Shown here piece after piece: positions 49,977 through 62,097 of a stretch of 64,000 bases of DNA. Position numbers and translations under genes: made by a program. The notes beneath the pieces are model-generated. The model worked only from the letters and a program-made list of their open reading frames with translations, did no database searches and was not told where the DNA came from. Position 1 is the stretch's first letter. Every line of letters starts with the position of its first letter. Source of the stretch: Cyanophora paradoxa CCMP329 (lineage: Eukaryota; Plantae; Glaucophyta); NCBI GenBank assembly GCA_004431415.1, contig QPMI01000100.1, positions 124,001-188,000 of the forward strand. Reading direction: 5' to 3'.

Positions 49977-50194
49977 AACCACAGTTACAGCACTCCAGCA
50001 GCATAAGTACCCTGCGTGGGCTCACCCCGCACGAGGTCGTCGGCATCTCGCAGTCTTGTGCGCCCGATGGTCAACAGAAGCGCGCTGCCGGCGGTGCTGC
50101 GCCGCCTGCAGCTGCAAACCACAGTTACAGCACTCCAGCAGCATAAGTACCCTCGGCGTGGGCTCACCCCGCACGAGGTCGTCGGCATCTCGCA
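49977..50194 (+). repeat. ~76-bp direct repeat (49977-50052 and 50117-50194)
   Basis: aaccacagttacagcactccagcagcataagtaccct..gcgtgggctcaccccgcacgaggtcgtcggcatctcgca occurs twice. Confidence 0.9.
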
Positions 50195-51218
50195 TTTTGG
50201 CAAGCAGACGCACTCAGCGCCGGCGCCGGTGGCTTCACACTGCATGATCGGCAAGCGCTCTGTCTTCTCCAGCGCGGCTCGGGGTCAGATGCTTCGGGAA
50301 GGTTCTCTCCCTCGCGGAACCATCCATCGTAATTTCCCTCAGCTGAAAGCGCAGACGCGCAGGCGTTGACTACATCCGCTCGATGAAGGAGGCACTTGCA
50401 TGCACGGATCCGGAGGAGCGTGCAACCCGTCTAGCCCTGGTTCGACCGCGAATGCCGTGCGAGGTCCTCGCGCTTGCGTACGATACGATGCCAGCACTTT
50501 GGCGTGCGCAGGTTGTCTCAGATGCGTCGAAATTCGCGATTGGCGATGTGATGAAGGCGATCGATGTCCTCGACAAGAGGGTCGACGGCCTGAAGGAATA
50601 CATGAAGACGAACTCCGAAGCCCTCGACAAGAGGGTCGACGGCCTGAAGGAAGACATGAAGAAGAACTCCGAAGGCCTCGACAAGAGGGTCGACGGCCTG
50701 AAGGAAGACATGAAGAAGAACTCCGAAGGCCTCGACAAGAGGGTCGACGGCCTGAAGGAAGACATTAGCGGTGCCATGAAGACGAACTCCGAAGCCCTCG
50801 ACAAGAGGATGGGCAGCATCGAGTGGCTTATCCAGGTGCGGGATTTTCGATCTCCAAGCCCCTCGCGCTGTCCTTGCGCTGCAAGGTCTGACATTCGAAA
50901 TTTCAATAGATCCTGGTGGCCAGCGTCAGCGTCGCTATCGCGTGCGCTCCCTTCCTGTATGATCTATTTTTCCACAGGCTCATTTCTTTCTGCAGGATCT
51001 GGGCTTTACGCGGCACCACAGCACCGACCAGCACTTCAGCTCCGACCAGCAGCCCAGCACCGACCCCGCCCACCATGCTGGTCCCCAACCTCGGAGCTCG
51101 AGTGGGGACCAGCGATGCCAGCGCTTTCGCATCGCCCAAGAGCCCGCCGCCGCCCCCCGAGCTCGCTGTGGCCGGCACGACGCCCGCCATGCAGCGAGCC
51201 GCACCCCCCCGGACCTGA
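50067..51218 (+). CDS. Hypothetical membrane-anchored coiled-coil protein with 18-aa tandem repeats
   Basis: Arg-rich N-terminus; LDKRVDGLKEDMKKNSEG about 4 times (54-bp repeat, 50569-50810); spliced hydrophobic segment WLIQILVASVSVAIAIWAL; Pro/Thr-rich tail. Confidence 0.55.
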
Positions 51219-51785
51219 GTACTTTGCAAGCGGTCTGGGATGCCATCGCGCTGCCCTTGCCTTGCGGATGTGCCTGGATGCGGCTCTCGCACTGGCCCGC
51301 TGGCCCTGGCCTCTCGTTTTACATCGCTCTCCGTCCCATTCTCCCGTTGCATTACTATAGCTCGTGACTTGGGCAGTTCGGACGAGGCCAGGATATGCAA
51401 CATGTACATTATTGTACCAGTATTGTCTTCTGAGGGGTGTCTAGGTTGAGTTGGGTCCTTATTTCAAACATGCAGCAGTTTCCGCAGCTTTTTGGAAGTG
51501 TAAAGCTTTCGGAATTCGCCGAGTCGTGCTTTAATTTGGCAGCTCTCTTCTGAGCAGAAGCTAGTGCTCTCTTCTGAGCAGAAGCTAGCTCAGAGCTCGT
51601 GGTTCCTCTGAGATATCGATCCGTTCCAGATCCTCGGACATTTACAAATTGATGTCGACGTCTCCATAAGTCTCATGCTTGAGGTCAGAGGCGATCTGCT
51701 TCTATATGATATATAGCTGCTAGGCTAGGCTAACTCGACACGGACACAGCGATCCCCGGCAGAGCGCCGCCGCCCGCGCCTGGGC

Positions 51786-54700
51786 TCAGGCGGCGGTGGC
51801 CGAGCGGGCGTCGAGCAGGTCGATGAGCACCGAGAAGAGCGCTTGAGAGGGCCGAGAAAGCCATTGGGGAGCTCGCGATCGGGGAAGGGGCGCGGCGGCC
51901 GCCGGCCCTCCCGGGGCGCCTACGGCAGTATGGGCTCTCTCCTCGGGGCCCAGGGGCCGGAGCCGCGGGCCAGTGGGCCTGGAGGAGGGGAGGAGAGGAG
52001 GAAGAGATGAGGGAGGAGGGGTCAGTCCGCCGCTGCCTCCTCCTCCGTCCCCTTGCCGCGCGCGCCCGCGCCGCCGCCCGCGGGCCCCCCGCAGCAGCGC
52101 CCGGCCCGCCCCGCCCGCCCCCTCCGCGCCCTCCTCCTCCTCGCGCAGGGCGGCGGAGGCCGGCCGCTGCGACAGCTCCGCCTTGCGGGCGAGCAGGGCC
52201 CCCCCCGCGCCGGCCCCCTTCAGCGCCACCTTCACCTGGGCGGACGAGACGGGTAAGGCGCCGCTCGGGGACTCAGATCTGAGGCGGGGCGGCGGCGTGG
52301 GGCCGGGGAGGGCCTTCTGGTTGTTGTAGACGAGGGCCCAGAGGGCGCCCGCCACGAGGGGCGCAGAGGCGCGCGCTGCCTCCCCGCACCATCGCCAGCA
52401 GCCGCGGCAGCGCCATCTCTGAGGGGGGTAGAGGAAGAAGAAGTCAGAAGCGTTGGTGCGGGGGGAGAAACGAGGGCGGGGTACTGGCCGGGGGCGAGGA
52501 TGTGGGGCTTGGCCTCCTGCAGGAAGGCAAGGTTGCGCAGCAGCAGGGCGGCCCCGGCCCGCAGCGCGAGCCGCAGCGCCGCCGGCGCCCCGCGCCGCTC
52601 CTCCAGCAGCTCCACTGCGTGCGCCACCAGCCCTGGGGGGTACGCCTTCAGCGAGGCGCGCGGTGCGAACGAAGCGGGGCGGGGGCGGGGGCGGGGGCGG
52701 GGTACCCGGGGTGCGGACGATGGCAAGCTGGCCCTCATGTGAGAAGGCGAGGTTGCCGAGAAAGTGGAGGACGGCCGCCTGCCGCGCGGCGGCCGCCGGC
52801 ACGCCCTCCCCGCCCCCCGCCGCCACCGACGAGGCCGGGAGCTCCTCCGAAGGGGCCCCGGGGCCGGCGGCGGCGGCGACGCGGGGGCGCGCTCTCGGGC
52901 GACGCGGTCGAGGGCGGCGGCGCAGTCGGCGAGGAAGGCGGTGCGGGCGAGGGCGGCGCGGAACTCGGGGACGAGGGCCATCGAGGCCAGCGCGGCAAAG
53001 GCCGCCCCGTGCGCCGCCACGCCGAGCCGCGCCCGCCCCGCGAGCTGCAGCAGCAGCGCCGAGACCGAGGGCGCCCCGAGGTTCGCCACCAGGCCCAGCA
53101 GCTCCACCTGAGGGGGCAGGAGTCAGATCAGATCGGATCAAATCAGATCAGATCTGAGCCGACGAGAGGGGCCGACCTGGAGGGCCTCGCCCTCGCGGGC
53201 GGCGAGGGGCCAGAGCCGCTCGAGCAGCGCCGCGACGCGGAGGGCGAGGAGGGCGGCCTTGGCCTCGCCCGAGCCGGCCGCGAGGTTCTTGAGCAGGGCG
53301 AGCGAGAGCACGAGCTCCGCGACGGCCGCGCCATGCCGCAGCGCCCCCTCCCCGCCCCACTCGCCCCCCGCGCCGCCCCCGCCGGGGCCCAGCGACGAGG
53401 CCACTGCGTGCGCCTCCTCGGCCGCCGCGATGAGCGCGGCCGGCAGGCCCGACTCGAGCGCCGCCCGCGTGCCCGTCCGCGAGGCCGCCAGCACGTTCAC
53501 CAGCGCCCCGGCGATGGCGGCGCGGGAGCGGAGCTGCCGGCGATCCGGAGCCGCCCTCTCCAGCGCGCCCCGCGACGCCCCGTAGAGCCGCACGAGCCGC
53601 TCCGAGAGCCGCGCGCCCAGCTCCCCGCCGCCGCCGCCGCCGCCACCGCCGCCAGCCGCGTTCTCGGACGACGGCGGAGGCCGGGGCTGAGGCTCCGCCT
53701 CCCCGCCTCCCTTCCGTCGAGGACGCGGCGCATGGCGGCGTCGGCCTCAGCGGTGAGCGTCGCGACGAGCTGGCAGGCCGCCAGCTGCGCCCGCCGGTCG
53801 CGCCCTCGAGCGCCGCGCAGGCCCGCGGAGCAGCGCGGGGCCGCCGCCGGGCCGGCCTCGCCGAGGGCGGCGCGGGCCTCCGGGCAGCTGTGGAGCAGGT
53901 TCCCGACGGGCCGGTCAGCGGCTGAGGGGCGGGGCGCATGGCAGAACAGGCGCACCGGCGGAATGCGTCGGGCCACGTCGCGGCGGCGAAGGCGCGGGCG
54001 GCGGCGGGGTCGGCCTCGCAGAGGGCCGCGAGGCGCCCCAGCGCCGCCGCGCAGTCGGCGTGCGCCGCGGCGCCGGCGGCCGCGTCCAGCGCCGCGCGGA
54101 CGGCCGAGGGCGGGTGCAGGCGCGCCATGGCCAGGGTCCCGTCCCGCTCCTCGGGCGTCAGGGCTCCCACGACGGCCTCGCCGGCCGCCGCCGCCGCCGA
54201 TCTGAGGGCGCCGGAAAGGCCCCCGACCCGCTCCAGATGCCATGCCGCCGCGAGGGCGCGCGCGAGGCGCGGGCTCGCGGGGGGTACAGCGCCCTCCGCG
54301 GGGCCCTGCAGCGCGCAGGGCCGCACGGCGAACGCGAATCGGAAGGCCGCCGCGAGGGGCGCCGGGAGCGGCAGGCCGGCCCAGGGCCCCGGGGCGTCGG
54401 ACCCCTCCAGGACCTCCCGGGCGAAGAGGGCGGGCGTACGGCATCCGCGGGCCTGCGCCTCCTCGTTGTCCGAGAAGAGGGCCCACGCCAGGGCGGCCGA
54501 GGCCTCGCGCCGTACCCCCGTGTGCGGGTGGAACGCGTCTGCGGAACAAAGCCGGTCAAACAAGGCGGGAAGGGTGGGGGTACGGGGGTGGAACGCACAG
54601 GGTACGAGGGCGCGGAGCGACTCGGGCTCGTCTCTGAGGGTTCGGCGTACCCCCGGAAGGAGCCGGCAAAGCGAGGAAAGGACGGAGGCTGCGGGGCCCT

Positions 54701-55985
54701 CGGCGCCGGCTCGATCGCCGCCCCGAGCGGCCGCGACCGGCTCGCGCTGCAGCCAGAGTATAAGCAGGGGTAGGGGGAAACAGGGAGGGGGCACGGGCGT
54801 ACGAGGTCAGCGAGGGCCGAGCGGAAGAGAACTAGTCCGCAAACGCGGCGCTGAAGCGCGGGTCTGCGGGCGGAGGGCGTGAGCGAGCGAGGGGGGTACA
54901 TAGACGCCGGCGGGGCGCACAGCGGAGGGCGAGGGCGAGCTGCTCGGCGGCCGCGCGGCGCAGCTCGGGATCGAGGGCCGCCCCCTGGTAGATCCGCTCG
55001 AGCTTGGCGAACTCGGAAGCCTGGAACGAGCCCGCCGGCCCGCGCGCCGCCGGTCCCTCGTCGAAATCATCGCCAGGGGCGTCCGCGTCGAGAAGAGAGC
55101 CGAACGGGTCCCTCAGGCGCCGCCCCAGCCGCACGCGGTCCTGCAGTGGGTATGGGGTCGGCGAAGCGAGGGGGAAGGGGGGCACAGGAACACACGCGGC
55201 CGTCCAGAGCGTCGAGGAAGTCAGGGGCCGCCGGCTCGGCGAGCCGCAGCGCTTCGGCCGCCTCCCGCCGGGCCCTGCCCCAAGGAATGGGTACGCGGCA
55301 CAGGAAAGGAAAGAAGACAGCGGCGGGCGGAGCGTGCGCACCACTCGGCGCCGGAGAAGAGCGCGCGGGTGAGATGGCGAAGCCGATCCGGGGCGGAGAG
55401 GCGCTGCTCCAGGTCGCGCCCGAGGCGCCCGAACGGTCCCGGTCCCGGCAGCGCTGCGCGGTTCTCGGAACCGTCGTCCTCCGCGACCTCGCCCGCGGCA
55501 CGGGCCAGGACCCAGGCGTCCAGCGGGCCCAGCGCCACGGCCAGGCGGCCCGCCCCGTCCAGCCGCTCGGCGGCCGCGAGGACGAGTGCGGAGGCTGCGG
55601 AGGCGGCGGCCGGCTCCAGATCGTCCAGGCCGCGGGAGAGGAGGTGGAAGAGCAGATCGCCCCCCTGGGCCACCGGCACCGCTGCGGCCGTCGTAGCGCA
55701 ATAGGAACCGGCGGGCGACGGGCGATGGCAGTGGGCGGATGATGCGATATCGATCGCAGGAGGGTTCGGATCCCCGCCCGCGCTCGACGGGGCGACAACG
55801 ATCAACGCCGAACTTCGGAAGCGCCGCCGGCCGGGGCGGCCTGCAACCGCTCAGACGCCATTGCCGGCGCCGCCGCAGACCTGCAGAAGCGCCGGCGTAG
55901 GCACGCGGGCGTGGGCTCGACAAGCCAAATTAAAGGAGCCGCTTCGTTTGCAGCTTCAGTTGCGGTATACCCCTCGTGCAGAGGC
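51786..55985 (-). pseudogene. Rotatin-like ARM-repeat gene fragment, copy A (internal deletion, frameshifts)
   Basis: LLLRNLAFLQEAKPHILA and AGALWALVYNNQK/VKVALK resemble the rotatin C-terminus. Lacks the segment found at ~58700-59890 in copy B. Confidence 0.65.
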
Positions 55986-56395
55986 GTTCAAGGTGCACTT
56001 TCGGGTGTTTAAGCTAAGCTTGTCAAGGTGGCAAGGTGCTCAAGGCAAGGCGCAAGCTGCTGCCATACAAAATTTTTGTATGGGAGCGGCATGGCCATGG
56101 TAGCCCCCCGCGGGCCGCGCCGGCGGCATATCTATCCAACAAGCAAGACGGGTACAGTACACAGTTGCTTTTGCCGGGTAGGCAGTTACACCGGCCAAAG
56201 TCAGTCCGGTCCGTACGACCAGCTTAAAAGCACAGTATGCAGGCACCTGTCCTGCACCGAATTTGAAGCGAAACCAGCACAACCAGCATCGAAGCAAGTG
56301 TGCACAAGCTGCCGTCGAAGCAGAGCCTCTCCCAGGTCGACCAAAACGCGAAATCCCGTCCCTTCTGCGGTCCCCGAGGCGTCGGCCACCGCGGC

Positions 56396-56545
56396 ATGTC
56401 GAAGTTGGCGAAATCAGGCAAAGAACTTGCCGGGGCTGTGCGTCACGCGGGCAACCGTATCGGCGACGGGCTCAACCGTATCGGCGACGGAGTCGGCGGT
56501 GGACTCGTGGCCATTGCTCTGGCCATCTTTTACCGGCCCCCCTAG
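56396..56545 (+). CDS. Possible 49-aa tail-anchored peptide
   Basis: MSKLAKSGKELAGAVRHAGNRIGDGLNRIGDGVGGGLVAIALAIFYRPP*, with a 21-bp internal repeat and a C-terminal hydrophobic stretch. Confidence 0.25.
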   Translation: MSKLAKSGKELAGAVRHAGNRIGDGLNRIGDGVGGGLVAIALAIFYRPP

Positions 56546-56839
56546 TAAGCGCCCCGATCCGCGCCTTCTCTGGCCTGGCCGCCGTCGAATTCTGTTTAGA
56601 TAGCTTCCTTGCTTGTCTGCCTTCTTTGAACCGCACCAAATTCACGAGACTTTGTGTTAAGGCGGTGCTTTCAAGCTACCGCAGGGCGGACCGAGCACGA
56701 GCACTTTAATTTGAGGAGGGAATTAAAGGGGTGTGGATCGGACAGACGGGCAGGGGTTGTGCCCGACCGTGGAGGGGAGGGGCCCAGACGGGCGAGGAGA
56801 GGAGGGGAGGAGCATCCTGCATGGTGCCCCGCCGCGATA

Positions 56840-59800
56840 TCCCCGCCTCCTCCTCCTCCTACGCCCCCGCGCCGCCCCCGCGCCGCCGCCTGCTGGCCCC
56901 CCGCAGCGCTAGCAGTGCCCGGCCCGCCCCGCCCGCCCCCTCCGCGCCCTCCTCCTCCTCCTCGCGCAGGGCGGCGGCGGCCGGCCGCTGGGAAAGCTCC
57001 GCCTCTCGGGCGAGGAGGGCGCGCCCCACGCCGGCCCCCTTAAGCTTCAGCGCCACCTTCACCTGGGCGGACGAGACGGGTAAGGCGCCGCTCGGGGACT
57101 CGGATCTGAGGCGGGCCGGGGCGGCAGCGTGGGGCCGGGGAGGGCCTTCTGGTTGTTGTAGACGAGGGCCCAGAGGGCGCCCGCCACGAGGGGCGCAGAG
57201 GCGCGCGCTGCCTCCCCGCACCATCGCCAGCAGCCGCGGCAGCGCCATCTCTGAGGGGGGTAGAGGAAGAAGAAGTCAGAAGCGTTGGTGCGGGGGGAGA
57301 AACGAGGGCGGGGTACTGGCCGGGGGCGAGGATGTGGGGCTTGGCCTCCTGCAGGAAGGCAAGGTTGCGCAGCAGCAGGGCGGCCCCGGCCCGCAGCGCG
57401 AGCCGCAGCGCCGCCGGCGCCCCGCGCCGCTCCTCCAGCAGCTCCACTGCGTGCGCCACCAGCCCTGGGGGGTACGCCTTCAGCGAGGCGCGCGGTGCGA
57501 ACGAAGCGGGGCGGGGGCGGGGGCGGGGGCGGGGTACCCGGGGTGCGGACGATGGCAAGCTGGCCCTCATTTGTGAGAAGGCAAGGTTGTCGAGAAAGTG
57601 GAGGACGGCCGCCTGCCGCGCGGCGGCCGCCGGCACGCCCTCCCCGCCCCCCGCCGCCACCGACGAGGCCAGGAGCTCCTCCGAAGGGGCCCGGGGCCGG
57701 CGGCGGCGGCGACGCGGGGGCGCGCTCTCGGGCGACGCGGTCGAGGGCGGCGGCGCAGTCGGCGAGGAAGGCGGTGCGGGCGAGGGCGGCGCGGAACTCG
57801 GGGACGAGGGCCATCGAGGCCAGCGCGGCAAAGGCCGCCCCGTGCGCCGCCACGCCGAGCCGCGCCCGCCCCGCGAGCTGCAGCAGCAGCGCCGAGACCG
57901 AGGGCGCCCCCGAGGTTCGCCACCAGGCCCAGCAGCTCCACCTGAGGGGGCAGGAGTCAGATCAGATCGGATCAAATCAGATCTGATCTGAGCCGACGAG
58001 AGGGGCCGACCTGGAGGGCCTCGCCCTCGCGGGCGGCGAGGGGCCAGAGCCGCTCGAGCAGCGCCGCGACGCGGAGGGCGAGGAGGGCGGCCTTGGCCTC
58101 GCCCGAGCCGGCCGCGAGGTTCTTGAGCAGGGCGAGCGAGAGCACGAGCTCCGCGCGCCGCCCCCGCCGGGCCCAGCGACGAGGCCACTGCGTGCGCCTC
58201 CTCGGCCGCCGCGATGAGCGCGGCCGGCAGGCCCGACTCGAGCGCCGCCCGCGTGCCCGTGCGCGAGGCCGCGAGCACGTTCACCAGCGCCCCGGCGATG
58301 GCGGCGCGGGAGCGGAGCTGCCGGCGATCCAGAGCCGCCCTCTCCAGCGCGCCCCGCGACGCCCCGTAGAGCCGCACGAGCCGCCCGAGAGCCGCGCGCC
58401 CAGCTCCCCGCCCCGCCGCCGCCGCCACCGCCGCCGCCGCCAGCCGCGTTCTCGGACGACGGCGGAGGCCGGGGCTGAGGCTCCGCCTCCCCCGCCTCCC
58501 TTCCGTCGAGGACGCGGCGCATGGCGGCGTCGGCCTCGGCGGTGAGCGTCGCGACGAGCTGGCAGGCCGCCAGCTGCGCCCGCCGGTCGCGCCCCTCGAG
58601 CGCCGCGCAGGCCCCGCGGAGCAGCGCGGGGGCCGCCGCCGGGCCGGCCTCGCCGAGCGCGGCGCGGGCCTCCGGGCAGCGGTGGAGCAGGTTCCCGACG
58701 GGGGCCGCCAGCGGGGCGCGCGCCTCGGCCCCGCACGCTGCCTCGCCCAGCGCCGCCGCCGCGCTCGTCAGCAGCGCCGTCCGCTGCGCCACCGCCGCCC
58801 CAACCGCCGCCCCGCCGCGCCGGAGCGCCTCGTCCGCCAGCGCCGCCAGCGCCGCGCGCAGCCCGCCGAGCTCGGCCGCGGCGGCGGCGGCGGGGCCGGC
58901 CCACGGGACGGAGGCGGCGAGGGGCGAGTCGCGGAGGAGCGGCGTGGCGGCGACGCGGCGGTGGGCCTCCTCGAGGCGCCGCTCGTGCGTGGCGCGCTGC
59001 AGGAGGGCCGCCAGGGGCCCCAGCGCGCTGGTGCGCCCTCCGCCGCGAGGAGCGCGTCGGCGGCGGGGCGGTGGCCGGCGAGGAGGAGCGACGAGAGGAG
59101 CGCCGCCGCCGCGCGGCAGAGACCGGGCGTCCCCGCCTCGTCCCGCATCGCCTCCAGGCACTGCGGCGTGCGTGGGCGAGGCTTCGAGAGGCGGAGCGGG
59201 GCGGCGCTCATTACCTCGGTCAGAGGAAGCGCGTCGAGGGCGGCGCGCAGCTCGGCGGGGGCGGCGGGCCCGCCGGGGACCCACGAGGCCGCCACGTAGT
59301 TCGCGACGCACGCGAGCGCCTCCTGCCGCACCGCGGCGCACTCGCGCGCGTCCCCGGCGCGGGCGGCGGCGGCGCGGAGGCAGCCCGGGGCCGGCCCCTC
59401 CTCCCGTCGGGCCGGTGCGCGGCGGCGAGCGCCGGCCAGGCGTCGGGCCAGCGGGCGAGCTGGGCGGCGACGCCCCCGGCCAGCGCCCGCACGCGGACCT
59501 CGCGGTCCGAAAGGAACGCCAGCGCTGCGCCCAGGGCCGCCCCGCCGCACTCCGCGACCAGCGCGCCGGGGCTCCGGGAGGCCGCGTCCCGCTCCGGGGC
59601 CGCCGCGAGCGCCGCCAGGACCGCCCCCAGCGCCGCCCGCACGAGGTGCTTGTCGCGGAAGGCGTCCCCGTGGGCCGGCGCGTCCCGCGCCAGCAGCGTC
59701 AGCGCCCCGCGCAGCACCGCCGGCGCCGCCGTCCACCACCGGTCGGCGCGCCAGGTCCCCCGCCGACAGAGCCGCCAGCAGCTCGGCCGCGCGCGCGCGC

Positions 59801-60650
59801 GCCGCGGCGGCGGTCGGGGAGGCGGCGGCAGGGGAGGACGGCGGCGGCGGCGGGGCCAGGAAGCCGTCCGCGAGCGCGGCGGCGGCGAGGGGCGAGCCGG
59901 CTCCGCGAGCCGCAGCGCTTCCTCCCGCCGGGCTGCCACAAGGAATGGGTACGCGAGGAAAGGAAAGAAGACAGGGGCGGGCGGGGCGCGCGCACCACTC
60001 GGCGCCGGAGAAGAGCGCGCGGGTGAGATGGCGAAGCCGATCCGGGGCGGAGAGGCGCTGCTCCAGGGCGCGCCCGAGGCGCCCGAACGGTCCCGGTCCC
60101 GGCAGCGCTGCGCGGTTCTCGAAACCGTCGTCCTGCGCGACCTCGCCCGCGGCACGGGCCAGCACCCAGGCGTCAAGCGGGCCCAGCGCCGCGGCCAGGC
60201 GGCCCGCCCCGTCGAGCCGCTCGGCGGCCGCGAGGACGAGTGCGGAGGCGGCGGAGGCGGCGGCCGGCTCCAGATCGTCGAGGCCGCGGGAGAGGAGGTG
60301 GAAGAGCAGATCGCTCCCCTGGGCCACCTCCAAGAGGCCCGGCGGCACCGACCCACTGGTGCGCTGCGGCCGTCGTAGCGCAAGCGACGGGCGATGGCAG
60401 TGGGCGGATGATGCGATATCGATCGTAGGAGGGTTCGGATCCCCGCCCGCGCTCGACGGGGCGACAACGATCAACGCCGAAGCGCCGTCGGCCGGGGCCG
60501 CCGGGCGGCCTGCAACCGCTCAGACGCCATTGCCGGCGCCGCCGCAGACCTGCAGAAGCGCCGGCGTAGGCACGCGGGCGTGGGCTCGACAAGCCAAAGG
60601 AGCCGCTTCGTTTGCAGCTTCAGTTGCGGTATACCCCTCGTGCAGAGGCT
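56840..60650 (-). pseudogene. Rotatin-like gene fragment, copy B (different internal deletion, altered 3' end)
   Basis: Near-identical to copy A at both ends. Lacks copy A's ~53910-55230 segment. Has a small deletion near 58155 and no VLIDLLDARS terminus. Confidence 0.65.
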
Positions 60651-61008
60651 CTCAGGCTCACGCTCCGGTCACGGCGATTCGAATCCGCCGGCATCAGCGC
60701 GGCGATTCGATTTCGCGGCGCGGCGAAGCTTGAGCTGGAGCGCGGCTAGACGATGCGAGCCGTTTAGCGACCGCAACGTGCATCTAGATCTTCAAGGTGG
60801 GCATGTCCGAACAGGTGCGATGGGGCGCCCCTGCAGTGTGCTGTCCCCACGTTAATTTAACACGGATCATGGATCGTTGACTCCCCGGGGCATAGGCGCA
60901 GGCTGAGAATCCGGAGGTAATGGCGCAGTTGAAGGTGCGCGGCTGCACGATCGATCTTGGCTGCTCATCGATGAATGTAACCTAATGCCGGCAGAGCCTT
61001 CTCGCCGC

Positions 61009-61071
61009 GGCGGAGAAGCGGGCGGATGAGGCGGAGAAGCGGGCGGATGAGGCGGAGAAGCGGGCGGATGA
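61009..61071 (+). repeat. 21-bp tandem repeat x3 (would encode AEKRADE heptads)
   Basis: ggcggagaagcgggcggatga repeated three times. Confidence 0.85.
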
Positions 61072-62097
61072 GGCGAAGCAGTTGTCACAACAAGCGTTGG
61101 ACGAGAAAGAGCGAGCTCAGGTGCGCACCAGCGCTTGCGTGCATATGCTGACCGGAACCGCTCACTAAAACTCCGCAGGCGAGTGTTTTGTACAAGATTG
61201 CATTGTGGTTTGCTCGCTCTAAGTTCCCGTTTTGAATGTAGGAATGGAAAGGGTCCCTATTGGCTGGTGCAGCGGGCTGCAGTGTCGCTTTAGTCAGCTG
61301 TGTTGCACTGGGTTTCCGCTCCGCTGTAGAGGTGACCTCGTTTGGGCTGGTGTCGAGCGCTCTGCAGTGCTTTGGGTACTTCTTGCAGGCGATCTTCGCT
61401 CTTTTGACGACGAAGGTAGTCATGCGGCATCTAGATCTGAAGCGCGGGACCCTTATGCAGCTGCAGCCGGCTATAGCTGGCGCTGCTATCGGGCAGCCGG
61501 AGTCGACTATTATTGTTTAGCTAGCTATTAATATTATAGCTATAGTCTTATTATAGCTATATATAGTCTACCGTAGTACGCTATATATACGCTATGAAGT
61601 AAATTTAAAAGCCCGCCGGCGCCGCTCCCGCTCATGCCATGCATATGCACCTGCATTCCGGATCGATCCGAGGGTGACCCACTAGCGAAATAGCCAGGGC
61701 CGGCGGAGCGCCCAGGCCCCTGTGGCCGCGGGGGCTCAGCGGCTATATACAGCTAGGGGTTTGTGGGGCCCGGCGGCCCGGGGGCTAGGCTGGCCCTGGC
61801 AGAACCAGCTTCAAAGGCTCCGGCCCGGCGGCAAGAGAAGAGGCTTTAGAATCTGAAGGGCAAGGCCTAGGGGCAGGAGGCTCGGGAGGCCCAGGGCGCT
61901 TGAGAGGGCCGAGAAAGCCATTGGGGAGGCTCGCGATCGGGGAAGGGGCACGGCGGCCGCCGGCCCTCCGGATCCCGGGGTGCCTACGGCAGTATGGGGC
62001 CTACTATGGGCTCTCTCCTCGGGGCCCAGGGGCCGGAGCCGCGGGCCAGTGGGCCTGGAGGAGGGGAGGAGAGAAGGAAGAGACGAGGGAGGAGGGG

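Noticed and set aside
60850-61530. Protein-coding gene between rotatin-like copies B and C
   Set aside because: Only short ORFs and a 21-bp repeat are present, and no coherent exon chain or family could be established.
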